From contig PKEU01000206.1 of the NCBI GenBank assembly GCA_002919195.1, positions 1-58,674 of the forward strand: DNA of 58,674 nucleotides. Reading direction: 5' to 3'. This DNA is from a bacterium (GTDB lineage: Bacteria; Bacillota; Limnochordia; DTU080; RSA5). Shown one piece after another: positions 44,877 to 55,011 of this stretch; position 1 is the first letter of the stretch, and each line of letters opens with the position of its first letter. A program made the position numbers and the translations under genes. Below the pieces are notes generated by a model. The model was given only the letters and a program-made list of their open reading frames with translations. It was not told the origin of the DNA and made no database searches.

Positions 44877-44883
44877 CATTGTG

Positions 44884-46362
44884 TTAGAGGATGATACAGA
44901 TTAGTCCTCCGCTGCCTTCATTGAGGATTTTGGTCAGCGTCTCTTGGAGCTTCTTCTGAGCGTTGACGGGCATGCGGGTGAGCTTGCTTTGGATGCCTTC
45001 CCGGACTAAGTCCTGCAGGGATTTTCCCAGGAAATCGGAGTTCCAGACCTTGCCGGGGTCCTTTTCAAACTCCTCGGTAAGGTAGCGCGCCAGTTCCTCA
45101 CCTTGCTTTTCGGTGCCGACAAAGGGTGTCACTTCCGTGACGATGTTGGCCCGAACCATGTGGATGGAGGGCGCGCTGGCCTGGAGTTTGATGCCAAACT
45201 GGCCGCCCCGGCGGACGATCTCGGGCTCGTTGAAGCTGATATCCTCGAGCCTCGGCGCCACAATGCCGTATCCCGTTTCCTCCAATTGGGCAAGCGCTTC
45301 CGCGAACTTGTCGTACTCGGCCTTGGCGTGAGCGAGCTCGCGCATCAGCCGGATGAGGTGGTGGTCGCCGGTGATCTCGAAACCCGTGAGCTCTTGCAGC
45401 ACCTGGTAAAAGAGGTTTTCCCTCACGCCCAGCTGGATCGTGGCCGTTCCGGTGCCGAGTGCCATCCCAGCCAGCGAGACGCGATCGATGAAGTCGTACT
45501 CGGCAAAACGCTGCACCGCTTGGTCGACGTCCCGCAGCTTTTCGATGGGCGCAATGGTCTCTTCGATGGCCTCGAGGTATTGTCTTGTCAACCAGTGGTC
45601 GGGTTCGAGTTCTTCTACCCAAGCGGGCAGCTTCACCCCGATCTCCCGCACCGGGAATTCGAACAAAACCTCGTAAAGGAGCTCCAGGATGTCGTTTTCG
45701 GTCATCTCCAGGCAGTTGACAGGGCAGACGGTGACGCCGTAGCGCTCCTCCAGTTCCTGGGCGAGCTTGCGTGTCGCAGGGCTTTCGGGGTGCGTTGAGT
45801 TGAGCAGGACCAGGTAGGGTTTTCCCAACTCGTTGAGTTCCCGGATGACTCGCTCTTCGGCTTCGACATAGCTTTCCCGCGGCAGGTCGGTGATGGATCC
45901 GTCGGTCACCACGACCAACCCGATGGTCGAGTGCTCCTGGATGACTTTGCGCGTCCCGATCTCCGCCGCCTGCTCAAAGGGGATCTCGTGGTCAAACCAC
46001 GGCGTGCGCACCATGCGGGGACCGCCTTCTTCTTGAAAGCCCAAAGCCCCCGGCACCGCATAGCCCACGCAGTCGACCAACCGCACTTTGAAGCCCACGT
46101 TGTCCTGGAACTGGATTTCCACCGGTTCGTCGGGGACAAAGTGGGGTTGGCTCGTCATCACCGTCCGGCCGGCGCCGCTTTGGGGCAGCTCGTCTTGCGT
46201 TCTTTGCCGGGCGTGGGCGTCTTTGATATTGGGCAGCACCAAAAGATCCATAAACCTCTTGATAAAGGTGGACTTCCCGGTCCGTACGGGGCCGACGACA
46301 CCGATGTAGATGCTGCCGCCGGTACGTTCGGAGATATCGCGGAAGATGTCAAAGCGCTCCAC
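44884..46362 (-). CDS. spoIVA: Stage IV sporulation protein A
   Basis: [37 protein letters not shown]; 492 aa. Confidence 0.98.
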   Translation of the reverse strand: MERFDIFRDISERTGGSIYIGVVGPVRTGKSTFIKRFMDLLVLPNIKDAHARQRTQDELPQSGAGRTVMTSQPHFVPDEPVEIQFQDNVGFKVRLVDCVGYAVPGALGFQEEGGPRMVRTPWFDHEIPFEQAAEIGTRKVIQEHSTIGLVVVTDGSITDLPRESYVEAEERVIRELNELGKPYLVLLNSTHPESPATRKLAQELEERYGVTVCPVNCLEMTENDILELLYEVLFEFPVREIGVKLPAWVEELEPDHWLTRQYLEAIEETIAPIEKLRDVDQAVQRFAEYDFIDRVSLAGMALGTGTATIQLGVRENLFYQVLQELTGFEITGDHHLIRLMRELAHAKAEYDKFAEALAQLEETGYGIVAPRLEDISFNEPEIVRRGGQFGIKLQASAPSIHMVRANIVTEVTPFVGTEKQGEELARYLTEEFEKDPGKVWNSDFLGKSLQDLVREGIQSKLTRMPVNAQKKLQETLTKILNEGSGGLICIIL

Positions 46363-46421
46363 GTCGAGGGTCCCTCCTTCGCTGTCTAAGGCACGCCGCG
46401 CGACGTCACATGGACACTAGA

Positions 46422-46451
46422 ACTATATGGGAAGGAAGGACGCGGTATGAC
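46422..46451 (-). promoter_or_regulatory. Sigma-E promoter of spoIVA
   Basis: GTCATA-N16-CATATAGT. Confidence 0.8.
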
Positions 46452-46489
46452 CGGAGCGCGCCTTGGCGGTCAAGGAGGGAGCAAGACGC

Positions 46490-47509
46490 CTAGGGGAAAA
46501 GCGTTCGCCGTTCGCTGGTGGGCTCCCGGCCCATCAGTTCCGCGACGGCGTCTCGAGGAGACTTTCCTTCAAAGAGTACGCCGGCGACGGCTTTGGTAAT
46601 GGGCAGCTCGACGCCGTAACGCTCGGAGAGCTGGAGGGCCGCCTGGCACGTCGGGATCCCCTCGATCACCTGGGGTGAGCGGTTCATCACGTCGGCGGCT
46701 GAAGCTCCTTGGCCGATCAACCGGCCAGCCCGGGCGTTGCGGCTGTGGCGGCTGAGGCACGTCGCGACGAGATCGCCGACCCCCGAAAGCCCGCTAAAAG
46801 TCAGCGGATCCGCGCCCATGGCCACGCCGAGGCGGGAGATTTCGGCAAGCCCTCGGGTGACGATGGCCGCTTTGGTGTTGTCGCCGTAGCCTAAGCCATC
46901 CGCGATTCCCGCGGCCAGCGCGATGACGTTTTTCAGGGCTCCGCCCAGCTCCACCCCCAGGACGTCGTCGCTGGTGTACACCCGGAACATCGACGTCATC
47001 AATAAGCTTTGCCACCTCTCGGCGGTCTCCGCAGCGTATGCGGCGACGACGCTCGCGGTCGGCAGTCCTGCCGCCACTTCTTCGGCGTGGTTGGGACCGG
47101 AAAGGACGGCAAGCCTTTGTTCCTTCAAAGGAGAGGGGCCTTCAAGCAGCACCTGCGAGAGCGTGAGCGAGGTGGCGACTTCGATGCCCTTGGCAGCGTT
47201 GAGGATGGAGTGGCGTCCGGTGATCAGGGGAGCAAGCTGCGTCCAAAGGGCTCGCACGGCCTGGGAAGGGACAGCGAGGATGATCGCTTCGTTTTGGGCA
47301 GCCTCGGCCAATTGGGAGGTGACATCGACTGTCTCCGGCAGGCGATGGCCGGGCAAGTACGTCTCGTTGACGCGGTGCCGTGCCAGCCTTTGGGCTTTGG
47401 CGGGGTCTCGCGCCCAAAGCGTCACCTTCCGGCCGGCGCGGGCCAGGAGGAGCGCGAGCGCGGTCCCCCACCCACCGGCGCCCACGACGCTGATCCCTTG
47501 CTCCTTCAT
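46490..47509 (-). CDS. gpsA: NAD(P)H-dependent glycerol-3-phosphate dehydrogenase
   Basis: GAGGWGTALA, SGPNHAEE, GGALKNVIA, GDLVATC.S.HSRN. Confidence 0.96.
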   Translation of the reverse strand: MKEQGISVVGAGGWGTALALLLARAGRKVTLWARDPAKAQRLARHRVNETYLPGHRLPETVDVTSQLAEAAQNEAIILAVPSQAVRALWTQLAPLITGRHSILNAAKGIEVATSLTLSQVLLEGPSPLKEQRLAVLSGPNHAEEVAAGLPTASVVAAYAAETAERWQSLLMTSMFRVYTSDDVLGVELGGALKNVIALAAGIADGLGYGDNTKAAIVTRGLAEISRLGVAMGADPLTFSGLSGVGDLVATCLSRHSRNARAGRLIGQGASAADVMNRSPQVIEGIPTCQAALQLSERYGVELPITKAVAGVLFEGKSPRDAVAELMGREPTSERRTLFP

Positions 47510-48117
47510 TGACGATCGGCCTTTACCCCGGCCCGTTGGCCGAAACGGTATTCGGTACCGGCGCGCAATCGTTGGAGGTTGGAGCGGTGCCGCAGAAAGG
47601 CTAACAGCGAAATCGCTGTGCCGCAGATGACGTGTTCGGGCCAGTGACCAAACGCCCACGCGAAGATGGGCAAGCACACAGCCCCCGCCAGCGAAGCGAC
47701 CGAGATGTAACGAGTGAGCAAGAGGACGAGGAGCCACACCAAAAAGAGCGAGGCCCCGAGGAGGGGATTGACGGCCAGTACAACGCCCAGCGTGGTCGCG
47801 ATGCCCTTGCCGCCGTTGAAGTTGAGAAAGACGGACCAGATGTGACCGGCGACCGCCGACAATCCCGCCAGAGCCACGATCCACTCGGGAAAGTCCAGAC
47901 TGCGGGCGGCCAGCACCGGGGTGGCCCCTTTCAGACCGTCCAAAAGGAGCACGACCGCGCCGGCCGCTTTCCCTACGGTCCGCATGACATTGGATGCTCC
48001 GATGTTTCCGCTTCCATAGCGGCGCACATCGACGGAGCCCCAAAGTTTGCCGACGATCAAGCCAAAAGGAACCGATCCCAGCAGAAAACTAGCCAAGAGC
48101 AAGATGATCGTTTCCAT
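47506..48117 (-). CDS. plsY: Glycerol-3-phosphate acyltransferase PlsY
   Basis: GSGNIGASNV.R, DGLKG, GGKGIAT, RHRSN. Confidence 0.96.
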   Translation of the reverse strand: METIILLLASFLLGSVPFGLIVGKLWGSVDVRRYGSGNIGASNVMRTVGKAAGAVVLLLDGLKGATPVLAARSLDFPEWIVALAGLSAVAGHIWSVFLNFNGGKGIATTLGVVLAVNPLLGASLFLVWLLVLLLTRYISVASLAGAVCLPIFAWAFGHWPEHVICGTAISLLAFLRHRSNLQRLRAGTEYRFGQRAGVKADRQ

Positions 48118-48144
48118 GTCGCCCCCCAAAAACCCCGCGCGCCG

Positions 48145-49458
48145 TTAGTCTCGTTTTCTCATGCGAAAGACGATGGGAGTCCCAACGAAACCAAAGCTCT
48201 CTCGGAGCTGATTTTCGATGTAGCGCAAATACGAGTAGTGCATCAGTTTGGGCTCGTTGACAAAAAGCACAAACGTCGGCGGCTTCACCCCTGACTGGGT
48301 GGCGTAAAAGATCTTGAGGCGCCTGCCTTTATCGGTCGGAGGCTGCCTGCGAAACGTGGCCTCGTGGAGGACTTCGTTGAGCCGGCCGGTGGGAACCCTC
48401 AAGGCGTGCTGATCGGCGACGTACGCGGCAAGTTCAAAAATGTTTTGGACCCGTTGCCCCGTCTTGGCCGAGATAAACAAGATCGGGGCGTACAGCAAAA
48501 ACCCCAACTGCTCCCGTATGGTTTCTTCGTACCGGTTGATCGTCGTTGCGTCCTTTTCGATGAGGTCCCACTTGTTGACTACGAGGACCATCGCCTTCCC
48601 CGCCTCGTGGGCGTAGCCGGCGATCCTCTTGTCTTGCTCGGTGACCAACTCGGTGGCGTCGAGGAGCATGAGGCAGACGTCGGAGCGGTCGATGGCCCGG
48701 AGCGTCCGCACGACGCTGTAACGCTCCACCGCATGCTGGATGCGGTTCTTGCGGCGGATGCCGGCGGTATCGATAAACGTAAAGCGGACACCGTCCCTTT
48801 CGATTCGCGTGTCGATGGCGTCCCGGGTCGTCCCCGGCACGTCGGTAACGATGCTTCGCTCTTCGCCCACCAGGCGGTTAACCAGTAAGGACTTTCCCAC
48901 GTTGGGCCGGCCGATGACCGCGATGCGGATATCATCCCCCGCGTCCTCTTCGGCAGCGACCGAAGGCAGGTGGACCACCAGCCGGTCGAGGAGATCAGCG
49001 ATGCCCCGGCCGTGTTCGGCCGAGACAGGGATCGGCTCACCCAGGCCCAGCGCGAAAAATTCGCTGGCGGCCAAAGCGAGATTGCCGTCGTCCGCCTTGT
49101 TGGCCACGACCAACACCGGCTTATTAGAGCGCCGGAGGGCCTCGGCCACTTCTAAATCGGCAGGGACGAGCCCAGCCCGGACATCGACGACCAACAAGAC
49201 GACGTCCGCCTCCTCCACCGCGATCTCGGCTTGGCGCCGTGCCAGGGCGAAAAACCCTTCTTCCGCGCCAAGATCGATCCCGCCGGTGTCGATGAGGGTA
49301 AACGTCCGGCCATCCCACTCGCTTTGCGCGTAGATCCGATCGCGCGTGACGCCCGGCTCGCCTTCGACGATCGCGATCCGGGCCCCCACAATGCGGTTAA
49401 ATAACGCGGACTTCCCCACATTAGGGCGTCCGACGATAGCGACAACGGCGTTGGCCAC
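48145..49458 (-). CDS. der: Ribosome biogenesis GTPase Der
   Basis: Tandem GRPNVGKS G domains, DTGG/DTAG, NKAD/NKWD, KH-like tail. Confidence 0.97.
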   Translation of the reverse strand: MANAVVAIVGRPNVGKSALFNRIVGARIAIVEGEPGVTRDRIYAQSEWDGRTFTLIDTGGIDLGAEEGFFALARRQAEIAVEEADVVLLVVDVRAGLVPADLEVAEALRRSNKPVLVVANKADDGNLALAASEFFALGLGEPIPVSAEHGRGIADLLDRLVVHLPSVAAEEDAGDDIRIAVIGRPNVGKSLLVNRLVGEERSIVTDVPGTTRDAIDTRIERDGVRFTFIDTAGIRRKNRIQHAVERYSVVRTLRAIDRSDVCLMLLDATELVTEQDKRIAGYAHEAGKAMVLVVNKWDLIEKDATTINRYEETIREQLGFLLYAPILFISAKTGQRVQNIFELAAYVADQHALRVPTGRLNEVLHEATFRRQPPTDKGRRLKIFYATQSGVKPPTFVLFVNEPKLMHYSYLRYIENQLRESFGFVGTPIVFRMRKRD

Positions 49459-49554
49459 AGGATACACCCTAAGCGCAAGACTGTGCAGTCGCTCACTGAT
49501 GCACCGGTAATGAGAGCACCAATAGCTTTTCGGGAAGGCAGGCTTGGTTTCCTG

Positions 49555-50028
49555 TCAGGGACCGGATGCTCCCTCTCGGAGTTTTCGCCGAGTCTCCTCT
49601 ACCAGCTGGACCAGCGCGGGAAAAGCGCGCCGCGTCCCAAAGACGACGAGAGGCCTGCCAACGGCGACCCACCCCAAACGGCGGGAGAGGTAACCGCCGA
49701 CTCTCATGGGCAAGTTGACTGTCTGAAGCGCGTTGACAAAGAGCAGCTGCCTGTCGTCGCCGCCCGCGATCCGATACCCACTCCTAAACGCCCTTTCTAC
49801 CGCTTCGGCGGCTGGCCCCCTTCCCAATACGTAGACTTCGTGGCCGTCCTCATCGGTACCCACAAACTCGGCGATGCCCTGGTGATCATCGCTGACCCTG
49901 TCAAAGCGGGGAAGCGACAAGAGCTCCTCAGCGGTGGGCGGGCGATGGCCCGGGAACCGGCCCAGGTGAATGGCAGCTGCGACTTGCGATGAATGAGCCC
50001 CGCCGTAACAACTGTAGACGACCTTCAT
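49555..50028 (-). CDS. DUF3189 family protein
   Basis: YSCYGGAHSS..AAAIHLG, GTDEDGHEVY, IGG..SRR-like motif. Confidence 0.85.
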   Translation of the reverse strand: MKVVYSCYGGAHSSQVAAAIHLGRFPGHRPPTAEELLSLPRFDRVSDDHQGIAEFVGTDEDGHEVYVLGRGPAAEAVERAFRSGYRIAGGDDRQLLFVNALQTVNLPMRVGGYLSRRLGWVAVGRPLVVFGTRRAFPALVQLVEETRRKLREGASGP

Positions 50029-50222
50029 CCGTGCTTGACCACGATATACGTGCCGTTTCTGAGATCGTGCACCATGCCTAACGTGACGGTCCCGATGTAT
50101 TTGGCGACGCGCTCGCGCTCTTTCTCGTCCCGGATGCGAAAAACGACGGCTCCGCCGCTTTCGACCGGTCCCTCCTCGGAAGTGATCACCGCGAGGATGG
50201 CATGCGTCAGGTTGACGTTCAT
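50025..50222 (-). CDS. Small YIEGIA-associated (capping subunit-like) protein
   Basis: ILAVIT....V..GG..F, VHDLRNG.YIVVKH; directly downstream of YIEGIA gene. Confidence 0.78.
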   Translation of the reverse strand: MNVNLTHAILAVITSEEGPVESGGAVVFRIRDEKERERVAKYIGTVTLGMVHDLRNGTYIVVKHG

Positions 50223-50238
50223 CCGTGACCCTCCCGTC

Positions 50239-51171
50239 CTAATCCATCAGCCGGCCCGCGAGCGACTTCGTGGGCCTGCGCACCGCCGCTTCCAACACCG
50301 GCACTCGCCGCAGCGCCTCCAAGAGAGCCTCAGGATTTTTCTCCGCCGGCACGATGGCCATCACCACTTTTCCCGACCGGCCGTCCCGGCGGACGAGGGG
50401 GGTGAAATAGGGTTCATCCACTTCTTTGGTGATCCCCACCAACGTCGAGGCGTCGTGGGCGATGGCCTGCCGCTGCCCGATGTTGGCCAGCGTCGCCTTC
50501 GCGTCGGGATTTTTGGGGATCATCTCAACCCCGATCCCCTCTTGGAGATATCGTTGGCGGGCCTCTTCCAATCCGATATTCATCAAGGCTACGCCGCCGA
50601 CTGTGAGCAAGGGGCCGTCAAATTGGATGGGAACGATGCGGAGTTCGACCAAGTCACCGACGTGGGGCCCTCGCACGCCTCGCTTAATGGCCCACCAGGC
50701 GAGAGCGCCGGCGACGACGCCGGCAGCGAGCGCCCACGCAAGGCTGTTGAGGAGGCTCCCCGCGATGACGGTGGCGCCGCTGGTCACAAAGGCCGTCATC
50801 ATCGCCAGGTAATTGCGGGCTTCAAAGACCCGGGCGATTCCCTCGATATACGCCTTTCCCCTGGGAACCAGCTCCGACTCTTCTAAGTTGAGCAGGGTTT
50901 CCCGCTCGATGTTGCGCACTTCCCGAAACTGGGTCGCGGCCAAGGCGAGGAAGCTGGCGGCGGCGAAATCCCTCGCGCTCAAAGCGGGGATCGCCACCGC
51001 TCCCAGGAAAGAAGCGATGACCCCCAGGGTCATGTGGATCGTATATCCTTGGGGATAGCTCGGATACTGGCGGTAGTCGATCCGGAGCGTGTCAAAACGG
51101 GCCAGAGCGCCGATCGCGGTGCCCAAAGCCACCGCGGCGATGAGGTGAGACGGCACGGTCGACCCATCCAC
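50239..51171 (-). CDS. YIEGIA-domain protein (SeaA/YphB-like)
   Basis: DYRQYPSYP, QFREVR, literal RGKAYIEGIARVFEARNY. Confidence 0.92.
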   Translation of the reverse strand: MDGSTVPSHLIAAVALGTAIGALARFDTLRIDYRQYPSYPQGYTIHMTLGVIASFLGAVAIPALSARDFAAASFLALAATQFREVRNIERETLLNLEESELVPRGKAYIEGIARVFEARNYLAMMTAFVTSGATVIAGSLLNSLAWALAAGVVAGALAWWAIKRGVRGPHVGDLVELRIVPIQFDGPLLTVGGVALMNIGLEEARQRYLQEGIGVEMIPKNPDAKATLANIGQRQAIAHDASTLVGITKEVDEPYFTPLVRRDGRSGKVVMAIVPAEKNPEALLEALRRVPVLEAAVRRPTKSLAGRLMD

Positions 51172-51184
51172 CCTTCATCATGAT

Positions 51185-52351
51185 TCAAGGTGAGGCATCA
51201 CCGTCATCGCCTCCGGATCCCAATCGCTTCCGCCATCGGGAAAGGCCCTCTTTCAGCCCAGTCCAACCTTCCTTGTTGAGAACCAGCCAACCGGCTCCTC
51301 CTAAGACCACCAGCAGGACGATCCATCCGGCCGTCCCCAGCCCGCGCTGGCCCACCTGGCCGCCGCCTGCCCCTCGGGGTAGCCCCGCCGCCGCGGCGAT
51401 CACCTCGGCCATGGGCTCCACGGAGCGGAGGGCCTCTTCTAGAGAGGTGACATGGGTGCCAAACTCCAACAGGAGCATGCGTGGGCCCAGGTCTTGGTTG
51501 TAGTTGCCCCGGGCGTTGAAGATCCCCTTGACCAGCCCGGGGTAGCGCTGGTCGGCGATGGCCTTGATCCGCTTGGCGTATTCGAGATTAGCCGCCCGGT
51601 TTTGGTTTTGCCGGCCGACCACCAGGCGGACCTGGCTCATCTTCTCCCCGTCGACAGTGGCCAAGTAGTCGTCCCGGCGGGGGATCGCGTCCCGGTGCAC
51701 GTCGAGGATGGTAACGGGGCGCTCCCGGCTGATCTCGGCGGCGGTGCGGCGGGAGCGTAAATACGCTTCGCCATCGTGGGGCAAGTGGCTGTCGTCTTTC
51801 CAGATGACGCGATACCCCATATTTTCAAAAGCGTCTTTGAGCGCCTGTCCTACCCGGTGGATATCGCCGTATTCTTTGGAGTCCGTGCCGCTGGTGGGCA
51901 CATAGGATTCGGCGTTGTGGGTGTGGTAAATGCCGATGGTCCGGTTGGTGGCCCCGCCGCCAGCTTGCGCCCGCAACCAGCGGGCGAAACCGCTCAAGGC
52001 CGAGCCGCTGGCCCGCTGCGAATCTTCCAGCGCGTCGAGAGCGTCCCGCACGTCGGGCATCTCGGCGGTCCCCTTCTCCTCGACTACGACTTCATCGCCG
52101 CGGACCTCGACCACTTCAAAGATCCGGTTCTCTTCATCAATGTACTGGTCGCCCACGTCGATGATGACGGCCGTTTCGGTCACTCTCTCTCCCGCAGGCG
52201 TTACGAGCGTGTAGTAGCCGCCGTCGTTCCGCTCGCCGAGTTCCCATTGGGGCGGTTGGAAGGGGACGTCCGCTGCGTGGGCGATGCTCCACCTGGCCGC
52301 TGCCAGGACGATAAGGAAAAGTGAGAGCCGGAACGTGCGCGCCTTACTCAC
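51185..52351 (-). CDS. spoIIP: SpoIIP-family amidase with C-terminal TM anchor
   Basis: IYHTHNAESY, AYLRSR.T, DVHRDA, YNQDL, LLEFG; GTG 52351 after GAGGAGG. Confidence 0.85.
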   Translation of the reverse strand: MSKARTFRLSLFLIVLAAARWSIAHAADVPFQPPQWELGERNDGGYYTLVTPAGERVTETAVIIDVGDQYIDEENRIFEVVEVRGDEVVVEEKGTAEMPDVRDALDALEDSQRASGSALSGFARWLRAQAGGGATNRTIGIYHTHNAESYVPTSGTDSKEYGDIHRVGQALKDAFENMGYRVIWKDDSHLPHDGEAYLRSRRTAAEISRERPVTILDVHRDAIPRRDDYLATVDGEKMSQVRLVVGRQNQNRAANLEYAKRIKAIADQRYPGLVKGIFNARGNYNQDLGPRMLLLEFGTHVTSLEEALRSVEPMAEVIAAAAGLPRGAGGGQVGQRGLGTAGWIVLLVVLGGAGWLVLNKEGWTGLKEGLSRWRKRLGSGGDDGDASP

Positions 52352-53075
52352 GGCGATCCTCCTCCCCTTGGCCTCCTGGTTCGTCGGAGAGCGATAAGGT
52401 GTCGCTGCCTTCTGCAACTCCTTCGTCCTGATAGAGAGCCTGAGGACGATCCTCTCCGAGCCGGGGCCCGCCCTGCAGACGTTCCCGGCTTTCGCCGAAC
52501 ACTTCGGCCAACAAGACCGCGGCCAGACCGGCGATCACCACGGCATCGAAGACGCCGGCGCCTCCAATCGAGACGTCGCTTCGCACGCCTTGGGCGGCCA
52601 CTTGAACCGCGTGGGAGACGTCCGCGAGCACAACGCCGGAGCTGCCCGCGATAAACGCGGCCCGGCGGGAGCGCCCGGCGAGGTAACCCATCGCGCCCCC
52701 GACGATGGCGGTGAGCCACAAAGGATCCATCAAGTTGTTGGCGGGAGGATCAAAGGACCCGAGGGAGCCGATGATGCGGATCGCGATCGCTGTGGCGACG
52801 GCAGCCAACACGGCTCGCACCCGCTCTCGGGTCGTGTCGGCCCGGGTGAGCAGGTAGATCGCAAGGGCCAATGGAACCAGCGCTCCCCCTACGTTGACGG
52901 AAAGGTTTACCTCACCGCGGACCAGCGGCAGGTCCACAAAGCTGCCTGCCACCATCAACCCGAGAAAGATCAAGGCCTGGGTGTCGGTCAGCCGCATGCG
53001 ATCGAGGACCCGGTGCGCCAAGCCGAAGTAGACCACCGCTGTGGTGATGAAAAGGACCCAAAGTCCTGTAGGCAC
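52344..53075 (-). CDS. DUF1614-family membrane protein
   Basis: YFGLAHRVLDRMRLTD, NVGGALVP, AGRSRR, IGGAGVFD. Confidence 0.85.
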   Translation of the reverse strand: MPTGLWVLFITTAVVYFGLAHRVLDRMRLTDTQALIFLGLMVAGSFVDLPLVRGEVNLSVNVGGALVPLALAIYLLTRADTTRERVRAVLAAVATAIAIRIIGSLGSFDPPANNLMDPLWLTAIVGGAMGYLAGRSRRAAFIAGSSGVVLADVSHAVQVAAQGVRSDVSIGGAGVFDAVVIAGLAAVLLAEVFGESRERLQGGPRLGEDRPQALYQDEGVAEGSDTLSLSDEPGGQGEEDRRE

Positions 53076-53114
53076 GCTACTCCCTCGCTTTCCCCGTGCA
53101 ACGTCTGCGGGGAG

Positions 53115-53144
53115 TAGCCTGCCCGGCGGATGGTCGGGGTATGC
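53115..53144 (-). promoter_or_regulatory. Sigma-F/G-type promoter of DUF1614-spoIIP-YIEGIA operon
   Basis: GCATA-N15-GGGCAGGCTA immediately after the rpsA terminator. Confidence 0.6.
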
Positions 53145-53145
53145 G

Positions 53146-53185
53146 AAAAAGGGCGGACCTCCCCACCTTGGGGGAAGTTCGCCCT
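53146..53185 (-). terminator. rpsA terminator
   Basis: AGGGCGAACTTCCCC/GGGGAGGTCCGCCCT + TTTT on the minus strand. Confidence 0.8.
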
Positions 53186-53261
53186 ACTCGAGCAACACGA
53201 AAAGGAGCGAGCGCGCAACGTGGCTTTGCGATGCGCCGCTCGTCTTTCTTACGCGCCTCTC

Positions 53262-54683
53262 TTAACGGTCTTCGTCTTCGTCGACCTGGTTGTCGAAGAG
53301 GCTCGACAGGTCCTCAAAGACCTCGCCCAGAGTGACCGTGGGCGCATCGCCGCTGGTGGTGCGCATCTCTTGCCGCGAGCCGCCCCGGCGGCGGGACTGG
53401 ACGGGTTGGGGCTGGCGCATGCTGAGCCCGATGCGCCGGCGCTCAGGATCGACGCTGACGACCCTCACTTCCACCTCATCGTCGGGTTTGACGACCTCCG
53501 ACGGGTCGTTGACGTGGTAGTCGGCCAGCTGCGAAATATGGACCAGACCTTCGATCCCATCTTCCAGCTTCACAAAGGCGCCGAAGTCGACGACCCTCGT
53601 CACCGTTCCACGGACGACGCTGCCCACCGGATATTTCTCCGCAGCATGCTCCCAAGGATCGGGCAGGGCCTCCTTGAGGCTCAGGGAGATGCGCTCGTTT
53701 TCCTGGTCGACTTTGAGGACCATCACCTTGATCTCCTGGTCCTCTTTCACGACGTCCGCAGGATGCCGCACCCGGCCCCAGGCCATTTCGGAGACGTGGA
53801 GCAAGCCTTCGACGCCGCCGCCCACATCGACAAACGCTCCAAAGTCTGTGATCCGGCGGACGACACCGGTGATGATCATGCCTGCCTCGAGCTTGGAGAA
53901 CGCCTCCTCCTTAGCCCGCTGGTACTCCTCTTCGAGGACCGCCCGGCGCGAGAGCACTACGTTGTTTCTCTGCCGATCGAGTTCGATGACCTTGAGTCCC
54001 AGAGTCTTTCCGACGTACTCTTCGAGGTTTTCCACGTAGCTTCGGGCGACATGGGACGCAGGGACGAATCCTCTGACGCCGACATCGACCAAAAGGCCGC
54101 CTTTTACCCGTTCGGTGACCGGCGCCTCGATCACCTCGCCGGTCTCAAGAGCCTTCTCCAGTCGCTCCCAAGCGGCTCTGGTGTCGGCCCGCCGTTTGGA
54201 GAGCAGCACGTTGCCCTCCGCGTCCTCGACTTTCAACACGTAGACCTCGATTTCGTCACCTACGTGGACGGCGTCGTCAGGCGTCTGTCCCGGCTTGAGA
54301 CCGAGCTCGTGGAGGGGAATTCGACCCTCGGACTTATAGCCGACGTCGACCATCACCTCGTCGCTGCCGATCTGAACCACCTTTCCGTGGACGATCTGCC
54401 CCGGCTCCAAGGTGACAAAGGTCTCGTCGTACTCGGCCATTTTGGGAGCCGGCGCCTGGGCCTCATCCGCGCGCGCTCCCTCGTCCCCCGCGTCGGCGCC
54501 GGTCGCTTCGGCGCCGCTTTTCTGAGCGGCCGGGGTCATCTCGACCTCCTCACTGCCGGCGCCTGCTTCCAGCTCCTCTTGGGGCTGGAGCTCGTCGACG
54601 CTCACCCCTTGGCCGAGGCTTTCCTTTTCGTCCGCGGCAGCCACCTCTTCCTCCCATGCGCTGCCGTCATGTCTTTCCATCAT
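53262..54683 (-). CDS. rpsA: 30S ribosomal protein S1 (four S1 domains) with acidic N-terminal extension
   Basis: VDVGYKSEG, GFVPASH, DFGAFVD..GLLHVSEM, DFGAFV..GLVHISQL. Confidence 0.94.
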   Translation of the reverse strand: MMERHDGSAWEEEVAAADEKESLGQGVSVDELQPQEELEAGAGSEEVEMTPAAQKSGAEATGADAGDEGARADEAQAPAPKMAEYDETFVTLEPGQIVHGKVVQIGSDEVMVDVGYKSEGRIPLHELGLKPGQTPDDAVHVGDEIEVYVLKVEDAEGNVLLSKRRADTRAAWERLEKALETGEVIEAPVTERVKGGLLVDVGVRGFVPASHVARSYVENLEEYVGKTLGLKVIELDRQRNNVVLSRRAVLEEEYQRAKEEAFSKLEAGMIITGVVRRITDFGAFVDVGGGVEGLLHVSEMAWGRVRHPADVVKEDQEIKVMVLKVDQENERISLSLKEALPDPWEHAAEKYPVGSVVRGTVTRVVDFGAFVKLEDGIEGLVHISQLADYHVNDPSEVVKPDDEVEVRVVSVDPERRRIGLSMRQPQPVQSRRRGGSRQEMRTTSGDAPTVTLGEVFEDLSSLFDNQVDEDEDR

Positions 54684-54964
54684 CAGGAACTCCCCCCTAA
54701 CGCGTACCTCGCCAGCGACGCCCACCCCGACGAGCCGGTCGGACCGAGCGCCCTGTGGACCCGCAGAAAACAGAAAGGATTTCTCATGGTGTTGTCTTCT
54801 GCGTCTCCCGTTTGATGCCTCTTAAATCATCGAAACACAGAAAAATTAACATCCCGTCAAGGAGCCGTAAACCGTCCCTGACGCGGGCTGCTTGCGCTTT
54901 CCGGTAACCGTTCCCCCCTAGTATTGTCGAAAAATGCTTATGATAATGGGTAATACGCCTACGT

Positions 54965-54991
54965 ATTCTTGTTTGTGTTACAGATTCCTTC
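54965..54991 (-). promoter_or_regulatory. Sigma-H-type promoter upstream of rpsA
   Basis: GAAGGA-N17-GAAT on the minus strand. Confidence 0.55.
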
Positions 54992-55011
54992 ATGCATGAA
55001 CAACCCATCGG

